Origin: Octopus sinensis
Taxonomy: Eukaryota
DNA length: 64,000 nt
NCBI RefSeq assembly: GCF_006345805.1
Contig: NC_042997.1
Location: 131,874,001 to 131,938,000, forward strand
Reading direction: 5' to 3'
Position numbers and translations under genes: made by a program. How positions within the stretch are numbered: the first letter of the stretch is position 1; each line of letters opens with the position of its first letter. Below the pieces are notes generated by a model. That model ran no database searches, was not told the origin of the DNA, and saw only the letters and a program-made list of their open reading frames with translations. Positions 13,640 through 26,393 of the stretch are shown here, piece after piece.

Positions 13640-13900
13640 GGTCACAGACAAGATATATTTTACAATGCTATGCCAGGAATCTGTCCCAAATTAACATGGG
13701 AGATCTTTGATTTCAGGGATGTCTCAGCCAATAACTTCAAAGTAGTTGTGTGGTCTTCGTTCATTGAGAAGCAGATTGACTTTGGCTGCAGTATTCTCAA
13801 GAGATGCTAACAAGTTTTGTACATCATACAGTTGATGAGCTGTGAATGCAAGATCATCAGCATAGTTAAGGTCAAAGAAATACATACTCTACACTAGATA
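13640..13900 (-). mobile_element. LINE reverse transcriptase fragment
   Basis: FDLNYADDLAF catalytic motif (YADD at 13853-13864 on -); flanks decayed. Confidence 0.6.
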
Positions 13901-14677
13901 CTCCTTAACAGAATTTCCCCTTGCATTGGTTTCATTTTAAGAATGAACCAAAACAGCTTCGATACTGCCACAGATCCTTTCCCTTAAAAGAATTATATAA
14001 AAGTTAAGAATCTTAACTAAAAGGCATCAATATTCGTGGATTTTTCCAAGTTACTTGTATCTGATAGTGTCATTAGATTGGCTATGTCACATGTCCTGTT
14101 GAACTATGGTATTTCGAGTGAGATTATCAAAATCATCATTATCAATCACAGAAAATCCATCAAGCTTTGTGTAAAGTACAGACAATTCAATTAAACAGCT
14201 TTCAGCAACTTCCATAGTCCCTCAGTGAAAAAGCCTAACTTCTTTTCTCTTTCTCATCATAGTGGGTTACATCATCAGGCAAAATTTTGACCACATCTAA
14301 GTTAAAGCCTCACCTTCAAGCAGAAGTAATCAACAATGTATATGTTATATATATTACATTTATATTATATTTGGTGAATGTGGCTGAAATATATTATCAT
14401 ATTAAAATAGTGTTTCATACTAAAAATGTACACCCCATTAGAAGACCTGATGCTGTAGAAATGTTGTTTCAATTGTCTACACTGAGTTTTTCTACAGTCT
14501 GGCAAAATTCCATAATATCAGTGAATGTTTTATTCAATTTCCTTTATATCAAGGCATGAATTTCATTTAAGCAGCTGAAAATCAGATGCGTAACATTGAA
14601 AAGCCTCAACAAAGGTGAAACATGTTTGCCATTCTTGTGAGTCACCATAGTGATAATGTTCGCCTCTCTCAGATATT

Positions 14678-15074
14678 TACTCTTTTACTTGTTTCAGTCA
14701 TTTGACTGTGTCCATGCTGGAGCACTGCCTTTAGTCAAGCACATCGACCCCAGGACTTATTATTTGTAAGCCTAGTACTTATTCTATCAATCTCTTTTGC
14801 CGAACCGCTAAGTTACGGGGACGTAAACACACCAGCATTGGTTGTCAAGCAATGTTGGGGGCAGACAAACACAGATACACAAACATATATATATATATAT
14901 GCATATACATATATACGATGGGCTTCTTTCAGTTTCCATCTACCAAATCCACTCACAAGGCTTTGGTCGGCCCGAGGCTATAGTAGAAGACACTTTTCCA
15001 AGGTGCCACACAGTAGGACTGAACCTGGAACCATATAGTTTGTAAGCAAGCTACTTACCACACAGCCACTCCTA
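14678..15074 (-). mobile_element. Family A SINE, full length
   Basis: Reverse complement of 1171-1548. Confidence 0.85.
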
Positions 15075-15889
15075 TATATTTTGTGATTTTAACACAATAT
15101 TTTATATGCATTATACACACACACACACACATATATATATACACATGGCATTAGGAAGGGCATCCAGCTGTAGAAACTCTGCCAGATCAAGATTGGAGCC
15201 TGGTGCAGCCATCTGGTTCGCCAGCCCTCGGTCAAACCGTCCAACCCATGCTAGCATGGAAAGCGGACGTTAAACGATGATGATGATACATACATAAACA
15301 CACACATATATTTATATATAAAACAGTATACAATGGATTGGTTTAGGTGGAAGGGCTTGTGCCTATAGCCTGTGCTGGTACTCCAAGACAAATGACGTGA
15401 ACATGGTGAATGTTCTTGGATGACTACAAGTTGATGACCGCATTAAAAAAACACCGTAGAAGCCATTATACTTGCTCATGAGAAATGCATTATTACAATC
15501 TACTTGAAAAAATGCTTGCTTCGGATAATTTATATAATTACAATTAATTATTATTAACACTGTTGTTTACTTATTTTCCTAATATTTATTTCTTTAAATT
15601 CCTTCCTTCTAATTTTTATTTTTTGTTTTCGTTCAGTTTTTTAAAAGTCTTTAAACCAGTGTGTAACTTCCAATTTTTATCATAACTTTTGTTTTGAAAC
15701 AAAATATATATTGGTTTATTGTCTGCATGGTATGTAAATAATGGGAAAATATGAGTTCTACAGTTCTTAAAATACGTAATGTTTTAACTGTAATTTACTT
15801 CAGTAATATACAAGATTAACTGCAAGAGTTTGTTAATGATAAACACTTAAGAACTGTAAATTAAGTAAGTAATATATTGTGTATACTTA

Positions 15890-16160
15890 AGGACAGACCT
15901 GGCTGCGGACCGTGATGTCTGGCGCCACGCGATCTTCAACGCGGTCAACGAGTTTGAAGAACACAGGAGAGACGTGCATAAAGACAAGGGACGCAGGGGG
16001 AAGGCCCGAGCCGCCTCTGACACGACACCGGATGTTACCTTCATCTGTGGACACTGCTCACGGACCTGCCTTTCCCCACATCGGATTTGTTAGTCATGAG
16101 CGTGCCTGAAGATGACGTAGACAACCATCCTAATCTTCGTTCGCGAAGCCAAGCCATGAT
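15890..16160 (+). mobile_element. 3' end of an RTE-clade LINE with C-terminal Cys/His motif
   Basis: TDLAADRDVWRHAIFNAVNEFEEHRRD...FICGHCSRTCLS/(frameshift)HIGFVSHERA; GC/CpG-rich; flanked by atacttaagg / atacttttaagg (TSD-like). Confidence 0.75.
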
Positions 16161-16849
16161 ACTTTTAAGGTAGCGAGCGACAGAATTTTTAGAGCACCAA
16201 GACTTAATGTTCTGAGTTCAAATGCCACCGACCTATCCTCACAACCCCCAAAACTACTGAAACCAATATATAGTGTATACTTACGACCAAGTTAACAGTT
16301 AATTAACAATAATCAGTATTATATTTTTTCTTTATCTGTACTGATTATTGTTAATTCATATTATAAGTAGATGTAAATAATATAAAGTCAGCTAAATTTA
16401 AAACGAGTTATTTTAATATAAAAATTATAAGAACGTCATTTATTGATAGTTGTGTATAAGATCAGTGTTGAAAATGTGTTTGTGGTAAATGCGTGTTTGT
16501 ATATCATTTCAACTAAAGACTAACTGCTATTTCAACGTAATCACAAGAGAACTAGCGGTGTTTAAAAATTTATTGGAGGGGATATTCTATCACATTGACG
16601 CTTTTACCAAACTGGAGTGACTTGATTGTTCTGCTGGAATTTATGTCAAACTCCCCTGCGTTATCTTGCAATTTTTTCAGGCCTTTTAGTGTAAGGGAAG
16701 TAACTCTGAAGTCATAGTCGGCTGTATAAGAATGTGTTCACCACAGTTAACGGGGTGCACACAGAACAGCGAGGATCTAAACCAGCGATTCTCAACCGCG
16801 GCTCCAAGGGCCGCATGCGGCCCTCAACGGTCTTCCTATTTAAATATAA

Positions 16850-17199
16850 GGATCTTTTCTTTTTGATGGACGGAATTTTCTAGTTAACTAAACAATTTGA
16901 AACTTCGTATACTGGTAGAATGTGTCAAAAGAAAACATTATTGTAAACAAAATTGAAAACAAAATTGTAATTTGTAAGTTTAACGTAGTTTAATTCTTCG
17001 AATTTTAAACTACGTTAAACTTACAAATTACAATTTTGTTTTCAATTTTGTTTACAATACACTACGTTAAACTTACAAATTACAATTTTGTTTTCAATTT
17101 TGTTTACAATAATGTTTTCTTTTGACACATTCTACCAGTATACGAAGTTTCAAATTGTTTAGTTAACTAGAAAATTCCGTCCATCAAAAGGAAAGATCC
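16850..17199. repeat. Long near-perfect palindrome (144-bp left arm, 11-nt loop) with 50-bp tandem duplication in the right arm
   Basis: 16850-16993 is the reverse complement of 17005-17199 once one of the copies 17009-17058 / 17061-17110 is removed. Confidence 0.9.
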
Positions 17200-17766
17200 A
17201 AATATAATAATTTTTCCTTTAATTGACATATTTTAAAACATTTTCTGCGCCCCCCTCCCAATCCAGGTTTTGGATCAGGCCCAGATATTAAACGATAACG
17301 TGTCTATTCATTTCCTAATACGTTTTTTATTCGCTACAGCATTTATTGAAATTCTCTTGTGTTGAGATAATATAATATTGTATCAATGTATGATCGAGTA
17401 GTTTTTTATACTGTATTTATGATTATAAGTAGTAAGATGATAACTATTCATTTGTTGGTATATCAATCATGTAGCTATTAAGACGTCCATATATATATAT
17501 ATATATATAATTTAAATAATATATAAATATATGCATATATACATATATGTACATACCTACATATATATGTATATATACATGCATATATGTGTACAGGACA
17601 AAAAAAAAACGTTGAACACAACGAGAAACGAAAACATAAAAACAAAAATATAGAAACAGACATTTTTTCGAACAACAAAAAAAAACAGAGAAACGAGACA
17701 TATATACCATCATCGTTATAAACATATGCTTGTGTGTGTATACACTTATGTATGTGTGTGTATATA

Positions 17767-17816
<50 letters not shown>

Positions 17817-18221
17817 TAGGTGCATGCGTCATGCGTATCTGTGTAGTTAAGAAGCTTGCTTCCCAACCGTATGGTTTCTGGTTGTCTCACTGATCAAAGC
17901 CTTGACAGTAGATTTAGTTGATGGAGACTGAAAGAAGTCAGTCATATATGTGTATTTGTAGTTATGTGTATGCCCATGTCTTGACATTACATAGTAGTTG
18001 TATGCAGGCGCCATCATCATACAAGTGATGTCGTTTGTTTCCAATCTTCTGTGTAACACATCTGGCTGTGGGTGAATATCACCTTGCTCAGAAACAAGTG
18101 AGGGTTGATGGCAGGAAAGGCATCCAGCCACATAGGAATTCTGTCTGACCAATGCAAGCATAGAAAAGTGATAAAATCAATTATGATTTTATATATATAT
18201 ATATATATATATATACACTCT

Positions 18222-18592
18222 CTTACTTTTTTCAGTCATTTGGCTGCGGCCACGCTGGAGCACTGCCTTTAGTTGAGCAAATCGACCCCAGGACTTATTC
18301 TTTGGAAGCTAGTACTTATTCTATCGGTATCTTTTGCCGAACCACTAAGTTACGGGGGACACAAACACACCACCATTGGTTGTCAAGCGATGTTGGAGGG
18401 GACAAACACATACATATACATATATACGATGGATTTCTTTCAGTTTCTGTCTACCAAATCCACTCACAAGTCTTTGGTCAGCCCGAGGCTATAGTAGAAG
18501 ACACTTGCCCAAGGTGCCACGCAGTGGGACTGAACCTGGAACCATGTGGTTGGTAAGCAAGCTACTTACCACACAACCACTCCTGCACCTAT
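18222..18592 (-). mobile_element. Family A SINE
   Basis: Matches family A consensus. Confidence 0.85.
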
Positions 18593-19629
18593 ATATAAAC
18601 ATAACTGAAAGAAGCTCATCATCTGTGTGTGTGTTTGTGTTTCATCATAGCATTACATGATAGTTGTAAACGAGTGTCACTATTACATTAGTGGTGTCAG
18701 TCATTTCCAATTTTCCAGGAAAACATGTCAAGTCATGGGGACATATTACTTTGCTTGGACCCAAGTGAGAAGTGGCAACAGAAAAGACATCTAGCTATAG
18801 AAAACCTGCCTCAGAGAGTCCTATCTAACCCATGCAGGCATGGAGGAGTGGATGTTAAAGTGATAATATTTTGTATATGTGTGCCTGTGTCTGTCTGTAT
18901 GTGCTTGCAAAGATACAACCTGAAAGGTGTAAATAAAAATTAACCTGAACCATGTGGTTGGTAAGCAAGCTACCTACCACACTGCCACTCCTGCACCTAG
19001 TCATATGTAGTCATATACAAAGCATCATAACATTCAGTGCTGGCTCTAAAAATCTGTCGAGATAAACTTAATGAAAACAAGGCACTGCTAACACAAAAAT
19101 AACTCAGTATTGACTTACAAACCTTTAATATGCTCGGTAGTATATTATGGTTGCAAAACAAAAGACAGTGTCCCTACCAGTAATTAATATGTGCATACCA
19201 GTTGCCAGGAATGTGTTTAGTATGTAAGTTAGTCTGTGCAATAGACTAATTTAGTGGCTGTTTAAGTAATGTAGTTGTGGATAGTTACTGGATTGGATGT
19301 CGTGTTGAAGAAGGAGCTGTTCATGCAGTTTTGGTTACTTTTTCTGATGAGTTGTAGTGCACCTGAGCACTGTATACCATAAATTCATTGTTATTTTAAT
19401 TATTATAAGGTAGTAAGCTGGCAGAATCATGAGTGGTATTTTGTCCATTCTGTGTTAAAGGTCCGCTGAGATTGACTGCCATTTGTCCTTTCAGGGTTGA
19501 TGAAATAAGTACCAGTTAAGCCACTATGGTCAGTGCAACTGACCAGCCCCATCTCTGCTAAAATTTAAGGCCTTCTGCCTGTAGCAGAATGATTTGTTAT
19601 CATTATCAACAACAATATTATGATTATTA

Positions 19630-20070
19630 TAAGGCAGAGAGCTGGCAGAAATTTGAGCACGCTGGGCAAAATGCTTAGCAGTATTCGTCTGTTTTTACAT
19701 TCTGAGTTCAAATTCCACTGAGGTCAACTTTGCCTTTCATCCTTTCGGGGTTGATAAATTAAGTACCAGTTGCATACTGAGGTTGATCTAATATGCTTGT
19801 ACCCTCCCACAAAATTTGAGGCCTTGTGCCTAGAGTAGAAAAGAATATTTTAAGGTGGTGAGGTGGCAGAAACGTTAGCACACCAGGTGAAATGCTTAGC
19901 AGTATTTCGTCTGTCTTTATGTTCTGAGTTCAAATTCCACTGACTTTGACTTTACCTTTCTTCTTTTTGGGGTCGATAAATTAAGTACCAGTTGTGTACT
20001 GGGGGTGATTTAATCAACTGCCCCACCTCCCAAAAATTTCAGGCCTTGTTCCTAGAGTAGAAAAGATTAT
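19630..20070 (+). mobile_element. Two head-to-tail family C SINEs (ggcgagctggcagaatcgttagcac...ctttcatcctttcggggtcgataaattaagtaccag...)
   Basis: tRNA-like head with gagttcaaattcc B-box; the central segment resembles, from memory, the Meta/MESC SINE domain; other copies at ~28933, 29995, 39225, 49845(-), 53630(-), 62850(-). Confidence 0.75.
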
Positions 20071-20546
20071 TATTTTATTGACTTACTTTCAGAACACAAG
20101 TACACAAATTAATTGATTCAAAATGTTCACAGAATTGTATAAAAATGAAAAGATAACTGGGTTTTATGTGAATGCATATTTTTTACAAAACTAAAATTTG
20201 TCTTTAACATTGATTTTTAATAGCAATGTTGTATGTGTTTATATTTTCTTGTAATAACTGGAAACTCTAACAAAATTCACTGAGTGGTTGTTGTCTTTTC
20301 ATTTAGCTTTTCTCTTATCATATATCTCTGAAGAAATGATTATAAATGTTTGTTTACCTGTTAATTTACTATACAAGCATGATGAACGAAGTGAGGAAAT
20401 TTCACCTGACCTCATCATCATTCTTTATTCATATTCATCATTCAGCTCATTCCCATTAGCCCTACTGCCACCATCATTACCACCACCCACCACTACCATC
20501 GTTAGCATCAGACATAACAACACTCATTAGTTAAAACAATGGTTTA

Positions 20547-20955
20547 TCATCATCATCATCGTTTAACTTCCACTTTCCATGCTAGCATGGGTTGGACGAT
20601 TTGACTGAGGTCTGGTGAACCAGATGGCTGCACCAGGCTTCAATCTTGATCTGGCAGAGTTTCTACAGCTGGATGTCCTTCCTAACGCCAACCACTCCAA
20701 GAGTGTAGTGGGTGCTTTTACATGCCACCGGCACAGGACCAGTCAGGTGGTACTGGCAACGATCTCACTTGAATCTTTTACACATGCTACCGGCACAGAT
20801 GCCAGTAAGGTGATGCTGGTAACAATCACGCTCGAATGGTGTCTTTTACATGCCACCGGCACGGAGGCCAGATAGCCACTCTGGGAACGATCACGCTCGG
20901 ATGGTGCTCTTAATACCCTACTAGCACGGGGCTCGAGTGCCAGTAAGGCAACGCT
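20547..20955 (-). mobile_element. Family B RTE-3'UTR-type element, long variant
   Basis: Core plus variant repeat modules, also seen at 37800-38312(+), 56640-57055(+), 60825-61260(-). Confidence 0.8.
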
Positions 20956-21631
20956 GTGTAGAATTATTTTTAAATATATGTAGTTTTGGGAAAACATAGT
21001 TGGCCAGTGTCACTAATAATCAGTGAAACTTGCAAATGTGAATAGAATTGTTTAACTTTGTGGAAAAGTGAATTCTTATGTTTCAGAGAGAAAATAAAAT
21101 ACAATAAATATAACTTATCATGAGCCAGTGACAGAGTCTCTACATGGTCTCCTAACTTGCTAGAAACAGCAGCTAAATCTTCCTCAAAGTGTACCCCATC
21201 TGACTTTAAAGAAAAAATAAAAACAGAAAGGATACATTGAATAACAGTTGTAAATATGCTGCTTGAAATATAAATGGATTAGTCATGGCTGGAATGGCTT
21301 TCACCATAAGTTTGCTCATTTGGTGCTCACTTCAGACTAAACTACAAATTATATTTATGCATCTTATTTGATGGTAGACAGATTATTATGCATCTTCTAA
21401 TATATTGATTTTATAGAAATTTGTTTTGTAAATTGATCTATTCACAAGTATATTACTGGTATTATTTCAGTATGGTTTCAACACAGAAATAAAGAGATAT
21501 ATTAAACTTGACATTTAAAATGCTTGATCCAGTTCTTTACATTTGTATCATATATTCTCAGTTCTTTGCCAATAATACTAAGAATAAACAAAATCAAATA
21601 TAAATCACTTATTATGCTATAACTGTTTAAA

Positions 21632-22290
21632 GTAGTGGTTCTCAACCATCTCTTTACTTAGGGATTATTTGATTCCTATTTTACTCAGGTGGACTCTCAT
21701 AGCCGTTCCATGTTTAAAAAGTTTTATTATAGTACCCGCTGACTGGCTTTCATGTCAGTGGCATGTAAAAAGCACCTACTGAATGTGGCCGATGCCTGTA
21801 CCCACTGACTGGCCCCTGTGCCGGTGGCATGTAAAAAGCATCAACCAAATGTGGCCAATGCCAGTACCCACTGACTGGCACCCATGCCAATGGCATGTAA
21901 AAAGCACTATTCGAATGTGATCGATGCCAGGCCCGCCTGGTTGGCTCCTGTGCCAGTGCATGTAAAAAGCACCCACTACACCCTTGGAATGGTTGGCATT
22001 AGGAAGGGCATCCAGCTGTAGAAACATTGCCAGATCAGATTGGAATCTGGTGCAGCTGCTGGCTCTCCAGACTTCAGTCAAACCATCCAACCCATACCAG
22101 CATGGAAAACACGTTAAATGATGATGATGATAATGAATGAAATATTATTAGGAATTGTATTAAAAAAATTCTTAAAACCATTTAGTGTATTGTTGATATC
22201 TAAGCAATTTATTTTACATAAATTTTAACAACAAAATCATATACGAATCCCCAAGAGTCAAATGAACCCTGGTTGAGAACCATTGGTCTA
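21632..22290. mobile_element. hAT-like MITE (agtggttctcaacc...ggttgagaaccattg) interrupted by a family B insertion (~21735-22135)
   Basis: TIRs at 21632 and ~22285; related uninterrupted copy at ~57495-57780 and SINE-interrupted copy at ~26730-27330. Confidence 0.6.
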
Positions 22291-22483
22291 AAGCTAACAG
22301 GTTTGTCTGGGTTTTCATCTAATTTATAAGGATCCTATTTATAAAGAATGATATGAAAACATTAAACAAAAAAGAAGAGAATGAGTTATCACTACTTAAA
22401 AAAAACCTTGAACTAAATCCATCACTATTTGCATGAATTTCTAAATTGCTATTATATATGCATATATATATATATATATATAT

Positions 22484-22782
22484 ACACATCTATATATTAG
22501 AAGAAATAAGGTACTCAGAAATCTGGTTTTACATTTACAGATTTTTATTAATATGTCACATGTTTTTATAAATCATATAATAGTGCTTGCATCTACTCTA
22601 GTAGACTCTCCACATTCGAATCGGAGATTCTGCTAGAGTAGATGCAAGTGCTAATATATGATTTATAAAATCATGTGACATATTAATGAAAGTCTGTAAA
22701 TATAAAACCATCCAGATTTCTGAGTACCTTATTTCTTCTAATATATAATACCTGTACATCACCTCCAAACCTTCTGACGAAT

Positions 22783-22821
<39 letters not shown>

Positions 22822-22963
22822 CACAGTAATACCTCACCTTACAAGGACCTGCTTTATGAGACCCCAGGTTTACAAGCTTTTACGAGTTTTATCTTCTGCT
22901 TATGAGTTTTCGCTTTATGAGTGTTCTCCAGGAATAAATTAACTCATATATCCAGGCGTTACC

Positions 22964-23006
<43 letters not shown>

Positions 23007-23342
23007 ATATATATATATCTATATATATATATATATATATATACACATCTATATATTAGAAGAAATAAGGTACTCAGAAATCTGGTTTTACATTTACAGA
23101 TTTTTATTAATATGTCACATGTTTTTATAAATCATATAATAGTGCTTGCATCTACTCTAGTAGACTCTCCACATTCGAATCGGGAGATTCTGCTAGAGTA
23201 GATGCAAGTGCTAATATATGATTTATAAAATCATGTGACATATTAATGAAAGTCTGTAAATATAAAACCATCCAGATTTCTGAGTACCTTATTTCTTCTA
23301 ATATATAATACCTGTACATCACCTCCAAACCTTCTGACGAAT

Positions 23343-23381
<39 letters not shown>

Positions 23382-23524
23382 CACAGTAATACCTCACCTT
23401 ACAAGGACCTGCTTTATGAGACCCCAGGTTTACAAGCTTTTACGAGTTTTATCTTCTGCTTATGAGTTTTCGCTTTATGAGTGTTCTCCAGGAATAAATT
23501 AACTCATATATCCAGGCGTTACCG
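22484..23524. repeat. Direct tandem duplication, period 559-560 bp, each unit containing a ~257-bp foldback element
   Basis: 22484-22964 equals 23043-23524 except for one extra G; foldbacks at 22491-22747 and 23050-23307. Confidence 0.9.
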
Positions 23525-24584
23525 TATATATATATATATATATATATATTTGCTGTTTCTAATTTCATTGCTGTGTTAGTTGACTAACACTTTGGCATTA
23601 TTTTGTTTGGATTTTGGTTTTTAATAGAATATTTAAGTTGCACATATTAATTCAACTAATTCTAAGATGAGGTTTGGTTTATTGAAGTTACTTAAATTGG
23701 ATGCAATCAGAAGCCAGTTCAATGATTAATTCTGTAAAATCGTACTGAAAAAATAACAAATTGTGAATAATTAACCAAAAATGTTTTTTTAAAATTTTAA
23801 TGGATATATGCATATGTGTGTGTGTGTGTGTGTAAAAACTGGTGCCGGTGCAATGTAAAAAAATCTCTGGTACTGGTGCCATATAAAAAGAAAGCACTGG
23901 TGCTGCAGAAAAAAGTACTGGTATTGGTGTCATGTAAAAAAGCACTGGTGCTGGTGCCACATATAAAGCACTCAATACACTCTGTAAAGTGGTTGGTGTT
24001 AGAAAGAGTACCCAGCTGTAGAAACTATGCCAGAAGAGAAGATGGTACCTCTTGCAGTTCCTGACAGTACCAGCTCCTGTCAAACCATCCAACCCATGCC
24101 AGCATGGAAAATGGACTTTAAAATGGATATTAAATGAAGATGTATGTATATGTATGTGTGTGTATGTATGTGTGTGTGTGTAAACAATGGTACTGGTGCC
24201 ATATAAAAGAAAGCACTGGTGCTGCAGAAATAAGTACTGGTGTTGGCGTCATGTGTGTGTATATATATATATATACACACACATATATAGAAAAGAAAAG
24301 AAACGGTTTTACCTTTAAATTACCTTCTACTGTATACCTTATAGCTAGGACTATACATAGTAAGGTAATACACCAGGAGTGCCTACGGACACAGCTATCC
24401 CTTAGATGGTTGCATAGCCTAAAACTTATATTTTGCTTAGTATATATATATATACACACACACACACATTAACAAAACTATGTATTGTGTGTGTGTGTGT
24501 ATATACACATGCACACATACGTGCATGTGTGGGTGTGCTTATATATGTTTGTATATACATGCCTGTGTCTTGTAATATTTGCAG

Positions 24585-24759
24585 GTTGAGCGTGAAGATT
24601 ATTCCCACAAGACTGCTACTCCCATTCCAAGTGTGGACAGTGCTTTGGAGTCTTGGGGAAGTTCTGGGTTGGAGAGTTTCAATCAGAATTCAAATATACA
24701 TACCGTTCTTGTGACCAAAAATGGCAGCAGCAGTATAAACCACAGTCCAGATAAATCAG
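24585..24759 (+). CDS. GRIP1: GRIP1/2-like exon (VEREDYSHKTATPIPSVDSALESWGSSGLES...SPDKS)
   Basis: ttgcag acceptor, GTAAGA donor at 24760; PSVDSAxxSW matches the GRIP post-PDZ6 linker motif PSVDSAVDSW; phase-1 end joins the exon at 28127. Confidence 0.85.
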
Positions 24760-25832
24760 GTAAGATACTTTTTTTTTTACTCTTTTTACTCTTTTACTTG
24801 TTTCAGTCATTTGACTGCTGCCATGCTGGAGCACCGCCTTTAGTCGAGCAAATTGATCCCAGGACTTATTCTTTAGAAGCCTAGTACTTATTCTCTCGGA
24901 CCATTTTGCTGAACTGCTAAGTTGCGGGAACATAAACACACCAGCATCGGTTGTCAAGCGATGTTGAGGGGACAGACACATAAACATATACTCACACACA
25001 CACACACACACACATATATACATATATAGGACATATATCGGGCCGACCAAAACCTTGTGAGTGGATTTGGTAGACGGATACTGAAAGAAGTCCATTGTAT
25101 ATATGCTACTCTCTTGACCCAGGACAGCACTTGATGTAGGCCTGTGTGTTGAGTCTGAGGCTGTGTAGGAAGACGAATGGGGGTATAACATCGCCATCAC
25201 TAGTTATCACTCCAAACACCATGATGATGACTGGATGTTTGATTTTTATCACTCTTGGTACATATCCTCAGATTGACACCCTAACACTCTAAAATGTTCG
25301 TATATATATGTGTGTGTGTGCGTGTTAGTATGTATACACTTATGTACATGTATGTATGCCTGTGTGGAAACGTGTGCATATGAATGTGTGTGTATTTGTG
25401 AGTGTCTATATCTATAGATATATTTGTGTTATATGTATGCATGTATATGCCTGTATATATATCTGAGATTACACATGAATGTGTCGATTAGATATATGCT
25501 GTAGCACAAACTCATCTAGATACTTCTATCACTGAAAAAAAAATGCTTAATGAACACTGTTGTTGATTGTGTATGTGTGTATGTATGTATGAAATTAATC
25601 GAATATAGTTATGCTGTACCACAAATTCATCTTAATAATTTTGTCATGGAAATAAAGAATTAATAAAACAATGTTTTTAATTGTTTATATGTTTTGTACA
25701 TTTGCATATTCCAGCTTCATGCATATGATTGACCAAGCGGTTGCTTTAATATAGCTAATAATGTAAATTCTATCCACACAAAGCACAGACTTTGCTTCAT
25801 GCCATTATTGAGAACAACAGAATGTTTTTATA

Positions 25833-26393
25833 GACATGGAATGAGATGGTCAAGCATGACCTTCAAATGTTAGGCCTCACAGAGCCAATGACGAAAGACC
25901 GAGACCTCTGGAGATATGCTGTGACTGCAAAGACCTGACAAATGAAGTGAGTTCATGGCTCGCAGGACAGCCTGCTGTGCTTACCTTGGATCGTAGGGCA
26001 ACTTGCTGTGCTTGAGGAGACCTATTGAGTCAAGTACATCAACATCAAAATAAAAATCAAATGGAAATTGTAGTTGTGATACCTGTGCTGGTGGCACGTA
26101 AAAAGCATCATCCAAACATGGCCGATGCCAGCGCCGTCTTGACTGGCATCTGTGCCGATGGCATGTAAAAAGCACCAACCGATCGTGGCCGTTTGCCAGC
26201 CTCCTCTGGCCCCTAAGCTGGTGGCACGTAAAAAGCACCCACTACATTCACGGAGTGGTTGACATTAGGAAGGGCATCCCCTGTAGAAACACTGCCAGAT
26301 CAGCCTGGAGCTTGGTGCAACCTCCTGGCTTCCCAGAGCCCAGTCAAACTGTCCAACCCATGCTAGCATGGAAAACGAACGTTAAGCGATGAT
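25833..26393 (+). mobile_element. RTE LINE 3' end: ORF2 C-terminus plus full 3'UTR
   Basis: TWNEMVKHDLQMLGLTEPMTKDRDLWRYAVTAKT* (25834-25938) followed directly by family B repeats and a (GAT)n tail. Confidence 0.8.

Noticed and set aside
14262-14345. Possible GRIP exon after ctcatcatag at ~14262
   Set aside because: No convincing donor or homology; the ORF runs into AT-rich intron-like sequence
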